Source of the DNA: Macrostomum lignano
Taxonomy: Eukaryota
Assembly: GCA_002269645.1 (NCBI GenBank)
Contig: NIVC01000884.1
Location: 186,001-250,000 of the forward strand
Length of the DNA: 64,000 bases
Reading direction: 5' to 3'
Below, piece by piece: positions 39,777-53,000 of this stretch (position 1 is the stretch's first letter; each line of letters begins with the position of its first letter). A model generated the notes under the pieces. It did no database searches and was not told the origin of the DNA. It saw only the letters and a program-made list of their open reading frames with translations. The position numbers and the translations under genes were made by a program.

Positions 39777-39929
39777 ACTGTAAACAGTTGTCTTAATTTA
39801 ATACAAGTGAAAAATATTTCTCAATAAGAATAAAGATAAGCTACAACCCCTACCCACCATGAAATTTACATACTAGGCTGTATTTAATTATTCTAAATAG
39901 AGGTAAAATGTTTGTGTAAATTGTGTGAT

Positions 39930-40375
39930 AATAATTGCATAGGCAGTTGTTATTTTTATGGTGACCATTTAAATAGCAAGACAGTTATATTTATTTATGG
40001 TTAACACAAACAAATACCATCTAAATGAAGTGACGAACTTGTTGTGCAAATACTATGATGGTTAAATTAAAAAAAAGAAATGTGTAATTAATAAATACAA
40101 TAGTAGTTCTTGTCATGGTAGCTTACTTAAGGTAATTGCTAACTATTACTAATACATTTTAATTTAACTGAAATTTCTTCCATATGACCATAAAAATAGC
40201 CATTCTGCTTCCTACCTATGGCTATGGTCACCATAAAAATAAAAGTTTTGCTATTCATACAGTTACATTAAGTAAAGACCATAGGCCCAGATAGTGTCTT
40301 ATGCGTTAACTATAAGAATAACCATTTTGTTATTTATATAGTCACTATAACAATAACAACTGCCAATTGCATAAT
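39930..40375. repeat. Degenerate palindromic MITE-like segment
   Basis: TTTTTATGGTGACCAT vs ATGGTCACCATAAAAA and GGCAGTTGTTATT vs AATAACAACTGCC inverted pairs. Confidence 0.35.
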
Positions 40376-40764
40376 GCCTTTATTTAGTTTAGGACTATCT
40401 ATGATTATGCAAAAATAATATCATTTGCATTGGTTTTAAGTTTTAGCAGCTTTAGCGTATTAAATATTGATATCTAGCTAGAGTAGGGCCTAAGCCTTGT
40501 TTTGTGATAGCTAAGACAGTTGAGTCTGTTGACTAAGTGGATTAGTAGATTTGCTATTGGTTTAACTGCATAGGAAGGTGCCATTATCTTTGAAATTAAG
40601 TGAGAATTAGCTCTGAGTTTATTGCCTTAGTCAGCCTTGTCTATGGCTTTTCTATTCTCCCCTAGCATCATTTTTTGCCATCAACAACCTGCCATTGAGG
40701 ATTTTAATTTAATGAATAAAACTATCTAATATACTAAAAATGAAATGCTTGGTTGCTTGCTTGT

Positions 40765-40960
40765 AATTGATTTTCTCCCGAACGGCTCAACCGATTTTCT
40801 TCAAACTTGCACCATTCGATCAGAAATTTTCCCGGGACGGTACATGCATATTGGCTAAGAAATTGCTCAATATTAAAGGGATTAAATATTCGAAAAACAT
40901 GCTTTTTTGCAAAGGTCAAGCATTGAAATGCATTGTAAGAATGCTAGCAGAAAAACTGAC
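40765..40960. mobile_element. Interspersed-repeat fragment, possibly Helitron/Helentron-associated
   Basis: Motif TTCTCCCGAACGGCTCAACCGATTTTCTTCAAACTT resembles a widespread invertebrate repeat as recalled; no termini verified. Confidence 0.3.
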
Positions 40961-41360
40961 TGGTTGAATTCTGATTCTAAAATAGATTGCATCACAATAC
41001 ACAAGACACTCAATTGAATTGCCTCACAGCGTTGAGTGTGAAAGCATAGCACAGTACTCAATTTATATTGCGTAACCATATTGTTAACTTTTATAGAGAC
41101 TGGTACTGACTTGCCTAAGAAATTGATTATGACATAACTCATAACTGCTTCGTGACTTTTTACTCTACCTGACTTTGTGTGAGTGTTGAACTATTTAAGT
41201 GGTACAAATTCACTGATAACTTCGATGAGAGCTAGCCTAGAGCTGAACAGACCAGACTGCTAATGCAGCAACCTGGGTTCGAATCTAAGTGTATGATTAG
41301 TAGATTAGTGTCTGAAAAGTAGTAGTGTAAATTTTTTTATTAAAAGCTAAATAAAAACAC

Positions 41361-43440
41361 TTAGATTACTGCACTCCATAAGCCAAGGATTATTGCTATT
41401 AATAAACCAAGGATTACTGCACTCAATAAGCCAAGGATTATTGCTATTAATAAACCAAGGATTACTGCACTCAATAAGCCAAGGATTATTGCTATTAATA
41501 AACCAAGGATTATTGCACTCGATAAGCCAAGGATTATTGCTATTAATAAACCAAGGATTACTGCACTCAATAAGCCAAGGATTATTGCTATTAATAAACC
41601 AAGGATTAATGCACTTGATTAATCAAGGATTATTGCTATTAATAAACCAACGATTACTGCACTCGATAAACCAAGGACTATTGCTCTTGGCAAACCAAGG
41701 ATTACTGCACTCAAGAAGTCAAGGATTATTGCTATTAATAAAACAAGGATTAATGCACTTGATTAATCAAGGATTATTGCTATTAATAAACCAAGGATTA
41801 CTGCACTCGATAAACCAAGGACTATTGCTCCTGGCAAACCAAGGATTACTGCACTCAATAAGCCAAGGATTATTGCTATTAATAAACCAAGGATTACTGC
41901 ACTCGATAAGCCAAGGATTATTGCTATTAATAAACCAAGGATTACTGCACTCAATAAACCAAGGATTATTGCTATTAATAAACCAAGGATTACTGCACTC
42001 GATAAGCCAAGAATTATTGCTATTAATAAACCGAGGATTACTGCACTTGGCAAACCAAGGATTACTGCACTCGATAAGCCAAGGATTATTGCTAATAATA
42101 AACCAAGGATTACTGCACTCGATAAGAAAAGGATTATTGCTATTAATAAACCAAGGATTACTGCACTTGGCAAACCAAGGATTACTGCACTCGATAAGCC
42201 AAGGATTATTGCTATTATTAAACCAAGGATTACTGCACTCGATAAGGCAAGGATTATTGCTATTAATAAACCAAGGATTACTGCACTTGGCAAACCAAGG
42301 ATTACTGCACTCGATAAGCCAAGGACTATTGCTATTAATAAACCAAGGATTACTGCACTTGATTAATCAAGGATTATTGCTATTAATAAACCAAGGATTA
42401 CTGCACTTGATTTATCAAGGATTATTGCTATTAATAAACCAAGGATTACTGCACTCGATAAGCCAAGGATTATTGCTATTAATAAACCAAGGATTACTGC
42501 ACTTGGCAAACCAAGGATTACTGCACTCGATAAGCCAAGGATTATTGCTATTAATAAACCAAGGATTACTGCACTCGATAAGCCAAGGATTATTGCTATT
42601 AATAAACCAAGGATTACTGCACTTGGCAAACCAAGGATTACTGCACTCGATAAGCCAAGGATTATTGCTATTAATAAACCAAGGATTACTTCACTCGATA
42701 AGCCAAGGATTATTGCTATTAATAAACCAAGGATTACTGCACTTGGCAAACCAAGGATTACTGCACTCGATAAGCCAAGGACTATTGCTATTAATAAACC
42801 AAGGATTACTGCACTTGGCAAACCAAGGATTACTGCACTCGATAAGCCAAGGATTATTGCTATTAATAAACCAAGGATTACTGCACTTGGCAAACCAAGG
42901 ATTACTGCACTCGATAAGCCAAGGATTATTGCTATTAATAAACCAAGGATTACTTCACTCGATAAGCCAAGGATTATTGCTATTAATAAACCAAGGATTA
43001 CTGCACTTGGCAAACCAAGGATTACTGCACTCGATAAGCCAAGGACTATTGCTATTAATAAACCAAGGATTACTGCACTTGATTTATCAAGGATTATTGC
43101 TATTAATAAACCAAGGATTACTGCACTTGATTTATCAAGGATTATTGCTATTAATAAACCAAGGATTACTGCACTCGATAAGCCAAGGACTATTGCTATT
43201 AATAAACCAAGGATTAATGCACTCGATAAGCCAAGGACTATTGCTATTAATAAACCAAGGATTAATGCAACACGAACCAAGGATTACTGCACTCGATAAG
43301 CCAAGGATTATTGCTATTAATAAACCAAGGATTACTGCACTCGATAAGCCATGGATTATTGCTATTAATAAACCAAGGATTACTTACTGCACTTGGCAAA
43401 CCAAGAATTACTGCACTCGATAGCCAAGGATTACTGCGCT
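41361..43440. repeat. 24-bp satellite with three unit variants forming 48- and 72-bp higher-order patterns
   Basis: Core (A/G)CCAAGGATTA with variants TTGCTATTAATA, CTGCACTCGATA and CTGCACTTGGCA. Confidence 0.96.
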
Positions 43441-43469
43441 TGATAAGCTTGGCTACATGTATAGGATTA

Positions 43470-43750
43470 TTTCTATCCAGGGATGCTTGCTATTTAGGGA
43501 TTCTTGCTATGTGCAGGATGCTTGCTATCTGGAAGGATGCTTGCTATCTGGAAGGATGCTTCTACATTATTTGGGGGATGCTTGCTATCTGGAAGGATGC
43601 TTCTAAATTATTTGGGGTATGCTTGCTATCTGCAAGATGCTTGCTATCTGCAGATGCTTGCTATCTGCAGATGCTTGCTATCTGGGTAGATGCTTGCTAG
43701 GAGTATTAGGGGATGCTTGCTACTGGGGGGATGCTTGCTGTCTTGGGAAT
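43470..43750. repeat. Short GGATGCTTGCTATCT repeats
   Basis: Direct reading. Confidence 0.85.
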
Positions 43751-43879
43751 ATTTTCTATTTAGGGGTAATGACTAAAATTTATGAGAGCTAGCCTAGAGG
43801 TAAATGCAGGGACGATGGTTCGAATTTTTAGAGAGTAGAGTTTTTTTTAATTAAAGCTTTTTAACGCCAAGACAAAAAA

Positions 43880-45150
43880 ATTATGGAAGCGTAATGTAAA
43901 AAATCATAGAATCGTTATGTAAAAAATCATAGAAGCGTCATGCAAGCAATCATAGAAGCGTAATGTAAACAATCATAGAAGCGTCATGTTAAAATCATAA
44001 AAGCGTCATGTAAACAATCATACAAGTGTCATGTAAACAATCATAGAAGCGTCATGTAAAAAAATCATAGAAGCGTCATGTTAAAATCATAAAAGCGTCA
44101 TAAAAAATCATAGAAGCGTCATGCAAGCAATCATAGAAGCGTAATGTAAACAATCATAGAAGCGTCATGTTAAAATCATACAAGCGTCATGTAAACAATC
44201 ATACAAGCGTCATGTAAACAATCATAGAAGCGTCATGTAAAAAAATCATAGAATCGTCATGTTAAAATCATAAAAGCGTCATAAAAAATCATAGAAGCGT
44301 CATGTAAACAATCATACAAGCGTCATGTAAACAATCATACAAGCGTCATGTAAACAATCATAGAAGCGTCATGTAAAAATCATAGAAGCGTCATGTAAAC
44401 AATCATAAAAGCGTCATGTAAACAATCATACAAGCGTCATGTAAAAAATCATAGAAGCGTCATGTAAAAATCATAGAAGCGTCATGTAAAAATCATAGAA
44501 GCGTCATGTAAACAATCATACAAGCGTCATGTAAACAATCATAAAAGCGTCATAAAAAATCATAGAAGCGTCATGTAAACAATCATAGAAGCGTCATGTA
44601 AACAATCATAGAAGCGTCATGTAAACAATCATAGAAGCGTCATGTAATGAATCATAGAAGCGTCATGTAAACAATCATAAAAGCGTCATAAAAAATCATA
44701 GAAGCGTCATGTAAACAATCATAGAAGCGTCATGTAAACAATCATACAAGCGTTATAAAAATCATGGAAGCGTCATGTAAACAATCATAGAAGCGTCATG
44801 TAAAAATCATAGAAGCGTCATGAAAAAATCATAGAAGTGTCATGTAAAAATCATAGAAGCGTCATGTAAAAATCATAGAAGCGTCATGTAAAAAATCATA
44901 GAAGCGTCATGTAAACAATCATACAAGCGTCATGTAAACAATCATAGAAGCGTCATGTAAACAATCATAAAAGCGTCATGTAAACAAGCATAGAAGAGTC
45001 ATGTTAACATAGAAGCGTCATGAAAAAATCATAGAAGCCTCATATAAAAACTAATGAAAGTGTCATTTAAAAAATTAAGAAGCATCATGGAAGAATAAAA
45101 GAATCGTCATGTAAAAATCAAAAAAAGCGTCATGTCAGACATGAAAGAAG
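43880..45150. repeat. 23-bp satellite
   Basis: AATCATAGAAGCGTCATGTAAAC. Confidence 0.95.
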
Positions 45151-45859
45151 TGTCATATAAAAATTAAATGAAGCTATAGTGCTGTGTTGGGGAGAATTAC
45201 TGAGACGTCAAGGCTCACAGAGAATAACTGAGATTACAGGGGGGTTTCTGAGATGTTAAAGCAAAAGTCAGAAGCTACTTCAAAGTACATGTACTTTACT
45301 TAAGTTTTTTTATTGTATTCTTTGTTGGCTTGCCACGGTGGGGGGGGGCGCTGATAGAAGAAGAGTCATGTAAAAATAAAAGGAGCACTATGTATACATA
45401 AAATAAAAGTCATGTCAAAGTTAAAAGATTCATTTGGGAATTGCTACGATGTCAAAGCTTGGAGGGAATCGTTATAGTGCTGTGATTCTTAAAGAAGAAA
45501 TCATTTAAATGCCAAGGCTTAGGGGAGAAGAATTGCTGTGATTTCAAGGCTTTAGGTTGGGTGAAAGTTAGGTTTACGTCAGGTTTGGGTTGAGGGTTAG
45601 ATTTTAGCGGGTTTCAAGGTTAACAGGGGATTTTTTAGATTTCAAGGTTTATGGGGGCATCGCTGACATGTCAAGGCTTACGAGGGGAATCTATCTATCT
45701 ATCTATCTATAGCTGAGATGTCAAGGCTCACGGGGGAATAAATGAGATGTCAAGGCTAATGTCAGAAGCTACATGTAGTTTATTGGAAAAAAGTTATTAC
45801 ATTATTTGTTGGCTCCTCACGGGAGGGATCGCTGATAGAAAAGGCGTAATGTAAAAAAA

Positions 45860-45965
45860 TCCTCAGTTGCTAGGCCAGCCTCCCAGATCCTCAGTTGCTA
45901 GGCCAGCCTCCCAGATCCTCAGTTGCTAGGCCAGCCTCCCAGATCCTCAGTTTCTGGGCTAGCCT
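45860..45965. repeat. Short tandem repeat, about 3.5 copies
   Basis: CCTCAGTTGCTAGGCCAGCCTCCCAGAT. Confidence 0.85.
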
Positions 45966-46140
45966 CCTTATGTACTAAAAGTATGTAATAAAAGAAGCCT
46001 TATGTAATAAAAGAAGCTTCATGTCGAAGTTAAGAGATTCATTTGGGAATCCCTACGATGTTGAGGCTTGCAGGGAATCGCTATAATGCTGTAGTAGTGC
46101 TATAATGACTCTTAGAGAGAATTACTGAAATTTCAATGCT

Positions 46141-46186
46141 TTAGGGTTAGGGTTAGGGTTAGGGTTAGGGTTAGGGTTAGGGTTAG
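46141..46186 (+). repeat. Interstitial (TTAGGG)7 telomere-like repeat
   Basis: Seven perfect units plus TTAG. Confidence 0.9.
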
Positions 46187-46945
46187 AAAGTAGACAGATT
46201 TTTTAAGATTTCAAGGCTTATGGGAGCATCGCTGAGATGTCAAGGGGGGAGTTGATATGTTAAGGCTTGTGGGGGGGATTGCTGACATGTCAAGGCTTAC
46301 AAGGGTACTGGTAGCGTACTGAAGCATACTGGTAGAAGTAGCTCTGAAAGAAGGCAAGTATGGTTGAATTTCAATGTCTGTTATAAAATTCTGCACAAGC
46401 ATGTTTTATTGGTACATAAGCCTGGAATTAAAATGAGAATTCGATTCCTAGCCCCCCTCCCTAAGAATTTTTTTTCATTTTAAAGGATTCGTCCCTTGCT
46501 TATTGGCCACCCCGAAGGGGGGCGCTAGATTGCTAGTACTTATACTATTGTTGGTATATTATATTTATAACAAAGATATACCTTCTCCTCATGTTAACTT
46601 GACATGGCATTTCTTCTATGAAAGGAAAGAAATATTAGAATCTATAGCTATGGCAGAAATCTGTTATATATCCAAGTTATATTATTATAATATGCTTAAT
46701 TGTTCTAAATGTTTCTGGTTTAGTAATTTAAATAAATGGCAAAATATAAAAACTTAATAAATTAGAATACTAGTATTCCAAAAATGTTAATATTGTCCAA
46801 CCTTTTTTTAAAAGATAAAAACTTCTTACTTTTTGTTTTTGTTGCAATCAGCTTAGTAATAATAGTTTGAACTTTAAATGATTTCTCTTATATATCATAA
46901 TATTCTTAGCCTAAGTTCTTTATGCTAATAAATTATAGACCTAGG

Positions 46946-47250
46946 CACACGTGCGCAACAGTCGGCCGAGTCGGCCAATCCAGCTGACCAATTTGGCGGC
47001 CAACCAAGGAAGTTGCAAAAATTCCCACCCAAAAAATACCCAAGTAGTAGCACTAAGTAGCTGATGAGGCATTTTGACTTAATAAGGCTGTTACAGTTAC
47101 TTCTGCTGTTTACCCAAAGTTGCATTAATTTTGCTATAGGGTTTTTTTACATGTAAGTTGCATTTTTGGCCAAAAAACTATGTTGCATTTTTGTTAAAAC
47201 TAAGTCGCATGGCCGATCAAATTTTGGAGGTTGCGCATGTATGGCCCTAA
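46946..47250. mobile_element. Degenerate MITE
   Basis: TAGGCACACGTGCGCAAC vs reverse complement of GTTGCGCATGTATGGCCCTA. Confidence 0.35.
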
Positions 47251-48039
47251 GGCCAGGCATTCATTTGATACTTTGTAATATATTTGCATATCTAATTTAA
47301 AAGTACACAATTTTGTATTTACTTTATATCTGCTATATTTGTATTATAGTATTTGTATTGTATTTATATTTTACTGTACTTTCTACTGTATATATTTGTT
47401 ATTTGCATAATGATTTTATAATTTAGCTTGTTTTAATCACCAATATTAACAAATATATAATAAATTGGCAAATAATCACTTGCAAATAATAATGCTATAT
47501 TTATCTTTGGTTCTTTGTCACACCTTAAGCTTATGTTTATATATATCTTTTTAATGTATAAATAATACTTTATAAAATTATTAGTGCCTACATAAATATT
47601 TCCATTATAATTACTTTATTAGTTTCCTTTATTTAATAAATCAAGAACTCTTAATATATGTTTTTATCAATTTAAATAGCAATCTTATGTCCCATTGGGG
47701 AAGCAGAAAAAAATAATTGAAAAAAGGAGACTTTAAGTAAATAACATTTTATTATTACTATTTTTAGTTTCTTAGAAGATATTATAGTATTTTAATTAGA
47801 AAAAGAATGAATCAGAAATCTAGTTTTTTAGCCCAAGATATCAGCATATCCTTTTGATCTTTGGTATCTCAGCAATTCCCCTTCCCTATTAGACTTCGCA
47901 TCTCAGAATGTTAATTTCTCAATTTATTTTTTGGTAGAACTATAATTATTTTTTATCAATTAGACATTTAATTATTATAGTATTTCTCATATATATTTTT
48001 AATTTGCTTGCATTGATATGTATTGAGGTTGTAGGTTGT

Positions 48040-48841
48040 AAGCCTAGGGAGAGGGTTGTAAGCCTAGGGAGAGGGTTGTAAGCCTAGGGAGAGGGTTGTA
48101 GCCTAGGGAGAGGGTTGTAGCCTAGTGAGGGTTGTAGCCTAGTGATGATTGTAGCCTAGGGAGAGGGTTGTAGCCTAGGTAGATGGTTGTAGCCTAGGGA
48201 GAGGGTTGTAAGCCTAGGGAGAGGGTTGTAGCCTAGGGAGAGGGTTGTAGCCTAGGGAGAGGGTTGTAAGCCTAGGGAGAGGGTTGTAGCCTAGGTAGAT
48301 GGTTGTAGCCTAGGGAGAGGGTTGTAGCCTAGGGAGAGGGTTGTAGCCTAGGGAGAGGGTTGTAGCCTAGGGAGAGGGTTGTAAGCCTAGGGAGAGGGTT
48401 GTAGCCTAGGGAGAGGGTTGTAGCCTAGGGAGAGGGTTGTAGCCTAGTGAGGGTTGTAGCCTAGTGAGGATTGTAGCCTAGGGAGAGGGTTGTAGCCTAG
48501 GGAGAGGGTTTTAGCCTAGGGAGAGGGTTGTAAGCCTAGGGAGAGGGTTTTAGCCTAGGGAGAGGGTTGTAGCCTAGGGAGAGGGTTGTAGCCTAGTGAG
48601 GGTTGTAGCCTAGTGAGGATTTTAGCCTAGGGAGAGGGTTGTAGCCTAGGTAGATGGTTGTAGCCTAGGGAGAGGGTTGTAAGCCTAGGGAGAGGGTTGT
48701 AGCCTAGGGAGAGGGTTGTAGCCTAGGGAGAGGGTTGTAAGCCTAGGGAGAGGACTTTAGCCTAGGGAGAGGGTTGTAGCCTAGGGAGAGGGTTTTAGCC
48801 TAGGGAGAGGGTTGTAGCCTAGGGAGAGGGTTTTAGCCTAG
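48040..48841. repeat. 19-20-bp satellite
   Basis: AGCCTAGGGAGAGGGTTGT(A). Confidence 0.96.
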
Positions 48842-48849
48842 TGTTTTGA

Positions 48850-49035
48850 GTGTTTGACTCACGACTTGAGGGTCGGGGGTTCGATCCCGGTCCTACTGCA
48901 AAAGTTTGTGTCCTTGAGCAGACACTCAACTCTGCATTGCTTCAGTTCACCCAGCTGTAAAATGGGTGCCAGCATTAGCTGGGGTAATTGAGGGTGGGTG
49001 TGGCGATCCCCCAGTCCTTGGGCTGTACAGCTACT
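48850..49035 (+). mobile_element. tRNA-derived SINE fragment
   Basis: B-box GGTTCGATCCC followed by the typical SINE body GTGTCCTTGAGC...CACCCAGCTGTAAAATGGGT; no A-box or cloverleaf. Confidence 0.7.
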
Positions 49036-50086
49036 AACCAAGAGTTTGTGTCCGAATAATTTTTCTTTCAATTCGATAAACTGCGCATGTGTCAATAATG
49101 TTCATTTCTTATCTTGATCGAAGGTATTTTAATACACCACGAGTATAGCGATTCTACTCGACTCTGTTAACTAATGTTAGTGTAGCTGTACCAGTCAGGT
49201 TTCCGATTAAGATTGCACATTCGTCAACTGCGTGCGTCACTGCTCTGCCGCACCGAGATTGGAGTTCCCGCCCGACCCCACCCACAGCGCCAATTTTTTC
49301 CGTGTCTGCTTTCTTTCTCTTTCTTTAAATACAAATCTCTTGCGCGCAGTTGGCTCTCTATGCGTAAATTAAAGGAAATAAATGCCCGACAGCTGAGCAA
49401 ACATGGGGACAGGGAAACTATAATTTGCAAATCAGACCACTTTGCCCACCACCAAAGCTGAGCTGACCCGCGTCTTGTCAAGCCGAGTCGGACGACAATT
49501 GTACTTTTATTATATAGCTGCTGCTGTTCTGTCTCTTCTTTTGATCTTAGGATTAAATTCAGCTGAGCCGGTTGGTAGAGGATTAACAGACGTCTGGGTA
49601 GATGTTTACTTACGTATATTGTTATTATTTTATTGAGGATTAGGTAGCTCGATCTATTCTATTCTCAGCAGAGCAGCTCACTCTGACTCTTGGGAAAGTC
49701 AGAACCGCTGTGTGAGCGTGTGTATGAATGCGACATACCTATTTTTGGGTAAACGGCAAGAGTAACTATAAATGTAATATTCAGGCTAAATGCCTTGTCA
49801 TCTAATTATTTTTATGTCTATTTTTCGGGTCGGCTTTTTGCGACTTGGCCAGACCTCTCGCCATGGATGTTGGACATGTATATGCCTAAAGACCTCAAAT
49901 CTGAATTGCGTGTTGTTAATAAAATGTTTAGGTAACTAAAACAAAATAAATAATGCACTAAATTTGTTCATGGCTACAAAAATTGTCCATAAACTACTAC
50001 TAGTCTGGCCTCTAGTTAGTAGCCTGTTGGCATAGATATAATCAATTGTTTAAAAAGATCGTTTCAAGAACCAGTCGACAGTCGTC

Positions 50087-53000
50087 ATGGGTTGCTTTGA
50101 GAAGCTGCTTACATTTGCGGGCCTCAAGCGGCCCGTCGTGAGTGAGTTTCGAACCATCTACGTGAATCACAAGCCGCTGGGCTCGTCTAGAGATCAACCG
50201 TTGATTGAGGAGAAATATCCCTCAAATCGAATTATCACGTCGCGCTATACAATACTGTCGTTTCCCGTGAAGAATCTATTAGAACAGTTCACTCGAGTGG
50301 CAAATTTCTATTTTTTGATTGTAGCAGTTCTGCAGTTAGTTATTGATACGCCGGTGAGTACTCTCAGTATCTCACCTGTACTCTCAGTATCTCATCTGTA
50401 ATCTCAGTATCTCACCTGTACTCTTAGTATCTCACATGTACTCTTAGTGTCTCACCTGTACTCTAAGTATCTCATCTGTACCCTCAGTATCTCACCTGTA
50501 CTCTTAGTACCTCACCTGTACTCTTAGTGTCTCACCTGTACTCTTAGTATCTCATCTGTACTCTCAGTATCTCATCTGTACTCTTAGTATTTCACTTGTA
50601 TTCTCATTATCTCACCTGTACTCTTAGTGTCTCACCTGTACTTTCAGTATGTCATCTGTACTCTCAGTATCTCACCTGTACTCTCAGTATCTCACCTGCA
50701 ATCTCAGTATCTCACCTGTACTCTCAGTATCTCATCTGTACCCTCAGTATCTCACCTGTACTCTCAGTATCTCATCTGTACTCTCAGTATCTCATCTGTA
50801 CTCTTAGTATTTCACTTGTATTCTCAGTATCTCACCTGTACTCTCAGTATCTCATATGTACTCTCAGTATCTCACCTGTACTCTCAGTATCTCATCTGTA
50901 CTCTCAGTATCTCACCTTTACTCTTAGTATTTCACTTGTATTCTCATTATCTAGTATCTCACCTGTACTCTCAGTATCTCATCTGTATTCTCAGTATCTC
51001 ACCTGTACTCTCAGTATCTCACCTGCAATCTCAGTATCTCACCTGTACTCTCAGTATCTCACCTGTACTCTCAGCATATAACCTGTACTCTCAGTATATC
51101 GTTTGCACTTTAAGTATCTAAATTAATGTACTCTTAGTTTTCATGGCGTATCTAATTTTTCCCGGCATTTCTCATCCCTGTTGTCTGCAGGTGAGCCCGG
51201 CCACGTCCATCATTCCACTGGTATTCGTGCTGGGCGTCACCGCGGTCAAGCAGGCCTACGAGGACTTTCTAAGGCACCGAGCCGACGATCGGGTCAACAA
51301 TACGCCGGTACACGTCATTTCCGGCGACTCGATGGCCCGGATTAAGGCGCACGAGATTCGAGTTGGTGACGTTGTTCGGGTGCACAAGAACGAGAGCTTC
51401 CCCTGCGATCTCATCCTGCTGGCGTCCAGCGAAGAGTCGGGCGAGTGCAGCATCACCACGGCTAATCTGGACGGCGAGACCAACTTGAAGACGGTGATAA
51501 TCCTTCGTTCTAACCCTTCTAAATTCGGGAAAGAAGGATTGGGGATTATCTGAAGGATTATAGATTATCTAACCTAAAGGATTAGGAATTATCTAACGGA
51601 TTGGGAGTTATCAAACCTAAAGGATTAAGGAATATCTAACTGATTAGGAATTATCTAAACTAAAGGATTAAGGATTATCTAACGGATTAGGAATTATCTA
51701 AACTAAAGGATAAGGATTATCTAACTGATTGGGAATTATCTAAACTTAAGGATTAAGGATTATCTAACTGACTTGGAATTATCTAAACTTAAGGATTAAG
51801 GATTATCTAACGGATTAGGAATTATCTAAACTTAAGGATAATGATTATCTAACTGATTGGGAATTATCTAGAAGCTGGAACTATTTAAAGCTGGAACTAG
51901 CTTCTGTCTTGAATTATCTTTTCCACAACCTGAGATCCCAACCCAATTAATAACCCATTTAATCTTATTTCACTCTGGCCAGGTCTACTCAGTGGAAGAG
52001 ACCAAACGCTTGCAAACAGTAGAAGCCGTCTGTCGCCAGTTGCGGGCCAAGATCAGCTGCGAGCACCCCACCTCGGATCTGTACAAGTTCAAGGGCAACA
52101 TGCTGTTGCGTCGTCAACGACGCAGCGAGAAGCCGGAGAAGGTGCCGCTTAGCGCTAAAAACATGCTGCTCAGAGGAGCCGTGCTGCGAAATACTGAATT
52201 TGTGCAGGGTGTGGCCATCTATACGGGACAGGTGAGAGCGCTTTTGAGACTTCTTGCTGTGCGACGTGTTGTGCGTGAAGGCACAGAAGGTGCACACTGG
52301 CTGATGATGAGAGGTCTGGGCCGCGGAGGGGAGCCGGAACGGAGCAACGCAGGCACACGAAAACTTCAAGAACACTGGCTGAATTTTTGTTGCGTTCCTT
52401 CTTAAACAAGAATCAAGTTGCCAGCCATCGCCAGTCATCTGTTGAAGGTGCCGACGGCGTCGGGGTGATGACTGAATGCTTGAGAGACTAGCCGAGGATG
52501 TCCAGCAGTTGATTCTTGCCCACTGTCGAGGCTTGATCAGCGAAACTAGAGACATTCGCATCAGGGTGTCCATAGTCACCTGGTGCAATCTGTTGAAGGT
52601 CCAGAAGCTCCGCCTGGGTGAAGGCCAGTTACCAACGAAGTCAAGAGTCTAAGAATCTCACACTCAGCTGTTTATTAGAGTCTAAGAATCTCACCCTCAA
52701 ATGTTAATTAGAGTCTAAGAATCTCACCCTCAGCTATTAATTAGAGTCTAAGAATCTCACCCTCAAATGTTAATTAGAGTCTAAGAATCTCACCCTCAAA
52801 TGTTAATTAGAGTCTAAGAATCTCACCCTCAAATGTTAATTAGAGTCTAAGAATCTCACCCTCAAATGTTAATTAGAGTCTAAGAATCTCACCCTCAGCT
52901 ATTAATTAGAGTCTAAGAATCTCACACTCAGCTGTTTAACCTGTCACCCGCAGGAGACAAAGATGCAGTTGAATTCACAGCGCGGCCGCTCTAAGAAGTC

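Noticed and set aside
48865-48900. tRNA gene
   Set aside because: Only a B-box; followed by a SINE body with no cloverleaf.
49213-49636. Short ORFs upstream of ATP11
   Set aside because: No motifs; overlapping on both strands; more likely promoter or 5' UTR.
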